Origin: Caedibacter taeniospiralis
GTDB taxonomy: Bacteria > Pseudomonadota > Gammaproteobacteria > Francisellales > Francisellaceae
Length of the DNA stretch: 11,291 nucleotides
NCBI RefSeq assembly: GCF_002803295.2
Contig: NZ_PGGB02000018.1
Span: forward strand, 30,361-41,651
Direction: 5' to 3'
The notes beneath the pieces are model-generated. The model was not told the origin of the DNA, made no database searches, and was given only the letters and a program-made list of their open reading frames with translations. The first letter of the stretch is position 1; the number at the start of each line of letters is the position of its first letter. Of this stretch, positions 6,485-11,291 are shown piece by piece. Position numbers and translations under genes: made by a program.

Positions 6485-6979
6485 AGCAGGACTGAATTTT
6501 TGCAAGCTCAGGAAATGCGTTATAATTTAGTCAAGAATGAATTAGTTAAAACCCTGTTAAGTGATGGTCGTGCTGAACAATCTATTTTTTGGATTGATGA
6601 AGGGACAGATATACTGTGTAAAGCCAGAGCTGATTATATTAATGTTGAGCAAGGATATATTGTTGATATCAAAACCACATCGAACTTAGCTGATGATAGT
6701 AGCTTTGGTTTTACGTTGAAGCAATATCATTATGATTTGTCAGCAGGATTCTATGTTGACGGATTTAAGAAAGCGATAGGTAGAGACGTTGATTTTTATT
6801 TCATCGTCATTGAAAGTAATCCACCTCACAATTACAGTATATTCAAGTCATCTATTGATTTACTTGCTCAAGGCAGAAACAAGTATAAGAAAGCGTTGGA
6901 TACTTTTACCAGAGCCAATCAAAGTGGCAATTTTGCTAAACCTTACAACAATGGTAATTTGATTGAGTTAACCGCTTGA
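6485..6979 (+). pseudogene. 3' two-thirds of the second PD-(D/E)XK exonuclease paralog (IS-disrupted)
   Basis: AEQSIFW..KARADYI..YIVDIKTT..YHYDLSAGFY..FYFIVIES..GRNKYKKALDTF..FAKPY is colinear with AEASFFG..KCRPDYY..LIIDIKKT..YYIQAAWY..FLFIAVEA..GRLKYREALKTY..FAKPI in the 3256-4116 protein. The reading frame stays open back to the IS edge. The track start at 6500 is a TTG and has no RBS. Confidence 0.8.
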
Positions 6980-6991
6980 TAAGAATGCGTG

Positions 6992-7020
6992 CAAAGCCGA
7001 TCTTTTATTTTGGCTTTTTG
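6992..7020 (+). terminator. Possible Rho-independent terminator after the nuclease remnant
   Basis: AAAGCC (6993-6998) pairs with GGCTTT (7012-7017) and is followed by a T-rich run. The loop is long (13 nt), so the hairpin is weak. Confidence 0.35.
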
Positions 7021-7068
7021 TGTTAAAAACAGTATTATATTATATATATTTAATAATATTAAAATAAC

Positions 7069-7536
7069 ATGAAGCTTGACTTAATATTTGTCTTTTTATT
7101 TGCTATCCATCTTATGGGTTGTAAGGATCATAATGAGGCAAAGATTATTCAATTTGGCTTACCATCTGAGCAATCAGATAAAGAGAATCAAGATAATAAT
7201 ATCGCTCAACCAAGAGAAGATAATAAAAAAAATCAACAAAATAGTCAGAGTAGTATTTACTGTAGTCTCCTAACCCAAGAAGAATGCAAGCAATGCCTAA
7301 ACGCAATACGTTATTACAACTATTACAATCAAAATTTTAATTTTATGAATTGTCTTTTCCCTAAGATTGAGAATCGTCACAGTGACCTGATTATTAACAT
7401 GGAAGAGGCACGCTTAGGATTAAAATATCAATCAGGTTCATGTGCTGTACCGTTGAATGCTGAGTTTGCTTCATCTGAAGCATTACAGTACATATTGAAA
7501 GATAAAAAATGCCAAACGGTAGACCATAAACCATAG
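7069..7536 (+). CDS. Putative lipoprotein, 155 aa, Cys-rich mature part with an Asn/Gln-rich linker
   Basis: N-terminal signal MKLDLIFVFLFAIHLMGC has a lipobox-like L-M-G-C. Six further Cys occur in the mature region. No family recognised. Confidence 0.6.
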   Translation: MKLDLIFVFLFAIHLMGCKDHNEAKIIQFGLPSEQSDKENQDNNIAQPREDNKKNQQNSQSSIYCSLLTQEECKQCLNAIRYYNYYNQNFNFMNCLFPKIENRHSDLIINMEEARLGLKYQSGSCAVPLNAEFASSEALQYILKDKKCQTVDHKP

Positions 7537-7547
7537 AACTTTAAGCC

Positions 7548-7883
7548 ATGTTTGACCAATTGAAAAATATAGTACTGATATTCCTGACGCTTATTTTGCT
7601 TATTCTTTTGCCTTTTACTGTTTACTTTGGTAATTCTTATTTTAATTTAAGTGCAAAGATAGATGAAATTCAAAAAAATCAAGGGAAGTTATTACAATCA
7701 GGACTCACGAGTGACCAGCAATTGAATAAGGCGTTAGATAAGCTTTCACAGACTTTTTTAAATAATCGCTACATATTAAACAATCAACCCACGAATGAAA
7801 AATTGAATGTTAAAACACTTTGTCAGCAGTCAAATGGGATTGAATGTGTTTCTGAAACTAAAAATATTAAAAATATGGAGTAG
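7548..7883 (+). CDS. N-terminally membrane-anchored coiled-coil protein, 111 aa (i-spanin-like architecture)
   Basis: A single TM segment (IVLIFLTLILLILLPFTVYF) is followed by heptad-like, Q/L/K-rich sequence and two Cys near the C-terminus. Confidence 0.55.
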   Translation: MFDQLKNIVLIFLTLILLILLPFTVYFGNSYFNLSAKIDEIQKNQGKLLQSGLTSDQQLNKALDKLSQTFLNNRYILNNQPTNEKLNVKTLCQQSNGIECVSETKNIKNME

Positions 7884-7891
7884 ATTCATTC

Positions 7892-8197
7892 ATGATTAAA
7901 GTCTTAATTTATGCTTTATTGAGTTTTCAATTATTGGGTTGCTCTATGTTTGGGGTCAAACCAGTAGTCATTAATACCGAGATTGAAACGGTCATATTGC
8001 AAAATATCAGCATCGTTGATTTATGCGATATTTCCACTCAAAACGTTCTTTACGTTGATAAAGATTACAATATTACCATGAGTAACTTACTACTGTATAT
8101 TAATGATATTAATGAGTCGTTGGCAAAGTCACAACTCTGTTTACAAGGCATTTCTGACTATAACTATAGTGTTTTGAAACAAATAAAGCAGAAATAA
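7892..8197 (+). CDS. Putative lipoprotein, 101 aa
   Basis: Signal peptide with a classical lipobox (LSFQLLGC). GGAG lies upstream. It follows the membrane-anchored protein after 8 nt. Confidence 0.6.
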   Translation: MIKVLIYALLSFQLLGCSMFGVKPVVINTEIETVILQNISIVDLCDISTQNVLYVDKDYNITMSNLLLYINDINESLAKSQLCLQGISDYNYSVLKQIKQK

Positions 8198-8247
8198 CCA
8201 AGACAACAAAGACCATAAAAAACACACAAAAAGGAATCATCCATCAA

Positions 8248-8358
8248 ATGCCAGTCGTTCAATTTATCTGCCCGCATTGTAAACATCGGTTTATGCAAGA
8301 GCTTCGCTTAAATGTCCATTGTCCAAAGTGTCTAAAAAGCATGTTTGAACAATGTTGA
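8248..8358 (+). CDS. 36-aa CxxC...CxxC zinc-ribbon mini-protein (FmdB-like N-terminus), not in the ORF track
   Basis: ATG 8248 to TGA 8356-8358 translates as MPVVQFICPHCKHRFMQELRLNVHCPKCLKSMFEQC. AAGGAA lies at 8231-8236. The MP-x-x-x-F-x-C-x-x-C...CPxC pattern resembles FmdB-family zinc ribbons. Confidence 0.45.
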   Translation: MPVVQFICPHCKHRFMQELRLNVHCPKCLKSMFEQC

Positions 8359-8359
8359 T

Positions 8360-9055
8360 TTAACTCAACGATGATCCATATCTTATAACGAACGGCGTTT
8401 GATTTGTTGTTTCAGCATTAATGCCACTTCTTGGGTCAGTTAACCTGTACTCTTCTGGTTTTATATAATTGTAGATAGGAATATCAATTCCGTCCGGATT
8501 TTTTTTGAATTTACCATCACGGCTAATCTCACCTTTAAATCCATCCTTGAACTCTGGTTTAATAACAACTCTATGCTCATATCTCTCATTTCTCCAAGTT
8601 TCAGTTGCTCGTCCTTTTCCATAACCATAAGATGCATTAATAAAGTCGTCTGTCAAAAGCAGGTTTTTGATTACAGGCGATAATGGTGATGCCAACACAC
8701 ATAGCTCTACGGCTGTTGCACAATTATGATATCTTCCATCATAATTGCCTAACTGTTTTAAAAATTCAGGTGATTGAGATGTGTTAAATACGTACCTATA
8801 AACAACTTGGCCAGGATCAAAAATCCATGATATTACTTCAGCTCCATTAAAGTCATGTTCTTCTTCAAATGCAGGATTGAGATGTCTTCCCCTTGCTGTC
8901 CCTTCAAATATCTTGAACACATTATTTAGACAATAAGCCATAGCAAAAAACTGGTGTTTTGCATCAAATATGCCAGGAATCCTGAAGAAGCCTAGAAAAC
9001 CACAATTGATATGCACAGGTCTTGATACTATAACAAAATAAATACCATCTCTCAT
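8360..9055 (-). CDS. Putative PPPDE/DeSI-like (permuted papain fold, DUF862-like) cysteine peptidase, ~231 aa from ATG 9055
   Basis: Within track ORF 8360..9163. The first 24 track codons are only the alternate frame of the upstream gene. MRDGIYFVIV (strand), PGIFDAKHQFF (candidate His) and, ~78 aa later, SPEFLKQLGNYDGRYHNCATAVELC (candidate Cys) parallel the ...GIWHTSIVV... / ...FLEYL..LG....Y.LFEHNCNTF... motifs of DeSI/PPPDE proteins as I recall them. ATG 9091 is an alternative start. Confidence 0.5.
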   Translation of the reverse strand: MRDGIYFVIVSRPVHINCGFLGFFRIPGIFDAKHQFFAMAYCLNNVFKIFEGTARGRHLNPAFEEEHDFNGAEVISWIFDPGQVVYRYVFNTSQSPEFLKQLGNYDGRYHNCATAVELCVLASPLSPVIKNLLLTDDFINASYGYGKGRATETWRNERYEHRVVIKPEFKDGFKGEISRDGKFKKNPDGIDIPIYNYIKPEEYRLTDPRSGINAETTNQTPFVIRYGSSLS

Positions 9056-9068
9056 AATATATTTTCTC

Positions 9069-9407
9069 TTACCATTTATTGACCATTCCATTAGGAAAGC
9101 ATCCAACAATAATTTTATCTTCTTTATTTGAATGAACTTCAAATAAATGACTTCTTCCAACATTCACTATGGAACTATAATTATTAATAGGGTTATTGAA
9201 TGAAGCATAACAAGCTTCAATAAAACTATTTTTTTCATAATCATTCATTTGTTCATATCTATTTTTTATTGTTTCAACAACTCTAATATTCTGTGCTAGA
9301 TTAATTATTTTTAAATTTGGTTCAGGTGGAATGCCATATTGACATTGTCCTCCAAAAGCATTCTGTAATGCGATAATGGCCAACAATCCAATCAATAATT
9401 TTCTCAT
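9069..9407 (-). CDS. Small secreted or periplasmic protein, 112 aa, with a cleavable signal peptide
   Basis: AAGGAAG lies 6 nt upstream of ATG 9407. MRKLLIGLLAIIALQNAFG is a Sec-type signal with an A-F-G cleavage context. Four Cys occur in the mature part. No family recognised. Confidence 0.6.
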   Translation of the reverse strand: MRKLLIGLLAIIALQNAFGGQCQYGIPPEPNLKIINLAQNIRVVETIKNRYEQMNDYEKNSFIEACYASFNNPINNYSSIVNVGRSHLFEVHSNKEDKIIVGCFPNGMVNKW

Positions 9408-9435
9408 TTTCAGCTTCCTTTTTTGTTTGTTATGA

Positions 9436-10194
9436 TTAACTCTTTTGAGTACACGAGGAACAGGGCGCTAAAACGTTCAACGCTTGTGCTTCGATCTCTT
9501 TGTTTTTAAAGTCAGGTTTATAAAATGGTGCATCATCGTCAGGCTGTGTTGTGGTCACGGCGGCGGTTTTGCTAATGTCGGTGTTATCTTGAATAAGTCT
9601 TGCTAAACCTGGATCAAAAACACCTGCTTTAGTATGGCCATACATACCAACATGATGATCGTCAACACAAATAAACAATAATGAATCGCCCTTGTTAATA
9701 TCTTGAATATTACTTTTGGTTAAATTGCGTTTGATGATATTTAACCATGAATGATTACTTTGTAAAGGGATTTTTAACGTACTCAAAGCAGTGTTGTATT
9801 TTTGTTCAATGGATTGATACTGTTCAATTTTCTGATCTGTTGAAAGTTCTTCGTTATCATCGACTTCTTTTTCTTCAGCTTCTTTTTCTGCTAAAACTTG
9901 ACGCACTTCATCAAGGTTAGTTTTTTCTTCTTCGCTGTAAAATGGATGGGCTGTAATATTGCTGATATTATCCATCTTATATTTTTTGATCAAACCTTCA
10001 ATGATTGATTTAGATGTTTCACAAAATATAAAAATATCATTGTGCTTTTTGCTTTGATTTGATTGAAGGTGTTGTAAAACCTGCTCTAAGGCAGGTGAGG
10101 AGTCTTTATTGTTGTCATTTTGATCTTCTCCAACAACAAAGCTGAAGATGCCTTTTTCGATGAAATTATTCAGTGATGGTTTAGTAAATGGCAT
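9436..10194 (-). CDS. Hypothetical protein, 252 aa, with an acidic coiled-coil linker and a C-terminal NlpC/P60- or LRAT-like GD...HHVGMYG segment
   Basis: ORF track. NKGDSLLFICVDDHHVGMYGHTKAGVFDPG resembles the pGDLvFF....HVGIYiG..g.i block of NlpC/P60-type papain-fold enzymes. The only upstream Cys is in IFIFCETS (C58), giving C58...H180/181...D194. The assignment is weak. Confidence 0.55.
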   Translation of the reverse strand: MPFTKPSLNNFIEKGIFSFVVGEDQNDNNKDSSPALEQVLQHLQSNQSKKHNDIFIFCETSKSIIEGLIKKYKMDNISNITAHPFYSEEEKTNLDEVRQVLAEKEAEEKEVDDNEELSTDQKIEQYQSIEQKYNTALSTLKIPLQSNHSWLNIIKRNLTKSNIQDINKGDSLLFICVDDHHVGMYGHTKAGVFDPGLARLIQDNTDISKTAAVTTTQPDDDAPFYKPDFKNKEIEAQALNVLAPCSSCTQKS

Positions 10195-10389
10195 GTTTTT
10201 TTTCTTAATTAATTAGCTTGTAAATTATAATTATATATATTTTTATATTAATGTTAAATGCTTTTTTTGTATGAATATATAAGATTTATCATGATACCAG
10301 AGACACCCTTTGCATTAAAAAGGTTTAAGTATATTTTTGGAAAACACTAAACAGGTTGTTGCAGTTCAACGATGAAAAGGCTTAGATGA
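10195..10389. promoter_or_regulatory. AT-rich divergent intergenic region, likely holding promoters for the 10194-8360 operon and for gene 10390
   Basis: A 195-nt spacer between divergently oriented genes with extreme AT content and many TATAAT-like hexamers. No specific -35/-10 pair could be singled out. Confidence 0.3.
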
Positions 10390-10656
10390 ATGAAATATCA
10401 TGAACCTAAAACAAAATCAGGCAAACCACTCTTAGGTGTCACTATTAATTATAATCCTCATAATGCACATAGCTTTCGATGGTTTATCAATGGTGAAGCA
10501 GCGGGTGTTGATAAAGTAGCATCCTTGTTAGAATACCCGCACAAAGTAGCTCTCCAAAGAGCTATCAAAGATTATGGTATTAGTCTTGTTATGAGTAAGG
10601 GACTCGACAGCTGTAAGGCAATGAAAAAAGTAGTTAATTCTAAAACTCATGATTGA
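10390..10656 (+). CDS. Hypothetical protein, 88 aa
   Basis: ORF track. No clear RBS and no recognisable domain. Confidence 0.45.
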   Translation: MKYHEPKTKSGKPLLGVTINYNPHNAHSFRWFINGEAAGVDKVASLLEYPHKVALQRAIKDYGISLVMSKGLDSCKAMKKVVNSKTHD

Positions 10657-10702
10657 GTTTTATGAATCAAATTTCAAGCAGGAGTAACTCTTGCATAAAG
10701 AT

Positions 10703-10990
10703 TTAATTATTTTTGGGCATTAAGGCTTGCTGAGTTTGCAGAATCGATTGAGTTTCTTGTTGATATTGACTGAGATTTTTCTCAGGTTTAATTAAGTCCT
10801 TAGGATTCAAGATATTATCTTTTGGCGTGGCAAGACTTAAAAAGCTTTTATACAAACGCTCAAAATCTTGCATTTCTTTTGTAATTTCTTGATTTGCTTT
10901 TTCGACAGCTTGTTTTTTTGCAAGAATACATTGAGCCATATTTTGCAAGCTCGTTGCCATGGCAGTTTGAAGTTTGTCTAGATCAGCCAT
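10703..10990 (-). CDS. Small all-helical (coiled-coil) protein, 95 aa
   Basis: ORF track. It starts 9 nt after the stop of the upstream helical protein gene. Heptad-like Q/K/E/L-rich sequence. Confidence 0.55.
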   Translation of the reverse strand: MADLDKLQTAMATSLQNMAQCILAKKQAVEKANQEITKEMQDFERLYKSFLSLATPKDNILNPKDLIKPEKNLSQYQQETQSILQTQQALMPKNN

Positions 10991-10999
10991 TTCACTGAC

Positions 11000-11291
11000 T
11001 TAGCCTCGTGGAAAGTTTTTCACTAAGTTTTGTGTCATCTCATTAAATTTACTGAGATTAGCCACTTCAGCATCTCGATTACTGCTAATGGATTTCATGA
11101 TTCCTTCCCATATTTTAATTTGAGGTTCGTTGTCGATTGCGGCAGCTTCAGCCATTTTTTGCATAGCAAGTGCTAGCACCGTATTTGATGTTGTTTCAAA
11201 GCCAGAATGCATAGCCAGTTCATTTTGCACAGCGCTAGCGGCAGCCATTGAAACAATATCATAAGCACCTTGAGAGGCGACATTATTTTTA
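11000..11291 (-). CDS. Small helical protein with a central W-E-G motif; the ORF remains open to the window edge, so it may be N-terminally incomplete
   Basis: Track ORF 11000..11248, but the frame is open upstream through 11290 (KNNVASQGAYDIVS-MAAASAVQ...). It has a helix - IKIWEGIMK - helix layout. Confidence 0.5.
   Translation of the reverse strand, partial: KNNVASQGAYDIVSMAAASAVQNELAMHSGFETTSNTVLALAMQKMAEAAAIDNEPQIKIWEGIMKSISSNRDAEVANLSKFNEMTQNLVKNFPRG

Noticed and set aside
7088-7273. Track ORF 7088..7273(+), overlapping the first lipoprotein gene in another frame
   Set aside because: The 7069 frame gives a proper signal peptide and lipobox and runs for 155 aa. The alternate frame has no such features.
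9092-9163. The N-terminal 24 codons of track ORF 8360..9163 (MLEEVIYLKFIQIKKIKLLLDAFL)
   Set aside because: They are entirely embedded in the 3' end of the signal-peptide gene in another frame, are low complexity, and have no RBS. The real start is probably 9091 or 9055.
10676-10694. Short inverted repeat AGCAGGAGT-A-ACTCTTGCA between convergent genes, considered as a bidirectional terminator
   Set aside because: The apparent loop is only 1-3 nt and there is no flanking T run, so it is not convincing as an intrinsic terminator.
1-11291. CRISPR arrays, rRNA and tRNA genes, integrase or att sites
   Set aside because: There are no regularly spaced direct repeats, no rRNA- or tRNA-like segments and no tyrosine or serine recombinase ORF in any frame of the window.

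Overview
AT-rich mosaic accessory region that looks like prophage or ICE cargo. The codon usage and Asn/Lys-rich proteins suggest a Legionellales-like gamma-proteobacterium, but that is only an inference. Two visibly GC-richer mobile elements have invaded it. From left to right: (1) A + strand run of small, tightly packed hypothetical genes (1-972). (2) A complete ORF-containing group II intron (~1041-3192). It has a reverse transcriptase/maturase without an endonuclease domain and a textbook domain V, and it sits in the spacer of the same + strand operon. (3) A translationally coupled phage-type recombination pair: a PD-(D/E)XK exonuclease (3256-4116) and a RecT/Red-beta-like annealing protein (4109-4732). 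(4) A second, paralogous exonuclease gene split by an IS256-family insertion sequence (5051-6475). The 9-bp direct repeats allow an in-frame reconstruction of that gene. (5) A lipoprotein / membrane-anchored coiled-coil / lipoprotein trio (7069-8197) and an untracked 36-aa zinc-ribbon ORF (8248-8358). (6) A minus-strand three-gene operon (10194-8360). Its last gene carries motifs resembling eukaryote-type PPPDE/DeSI permuted-papain peptidases, its middle gene encodes a signal-peptide protein, and its first gene has an NlpC/P60-like GD...HHVGMYG motif. (7) Two tandem ~90-aa helical proteins at the right edge, one with a central W-x-G. I saw no rRNA, tRNA or CRISPR array. The best candidate for something undescribed is the 8360-10194 operon, which could be an effector or a toxin-immunity module. 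All family assignments rest on motifs read by eye, so they need HMM or structure searches.
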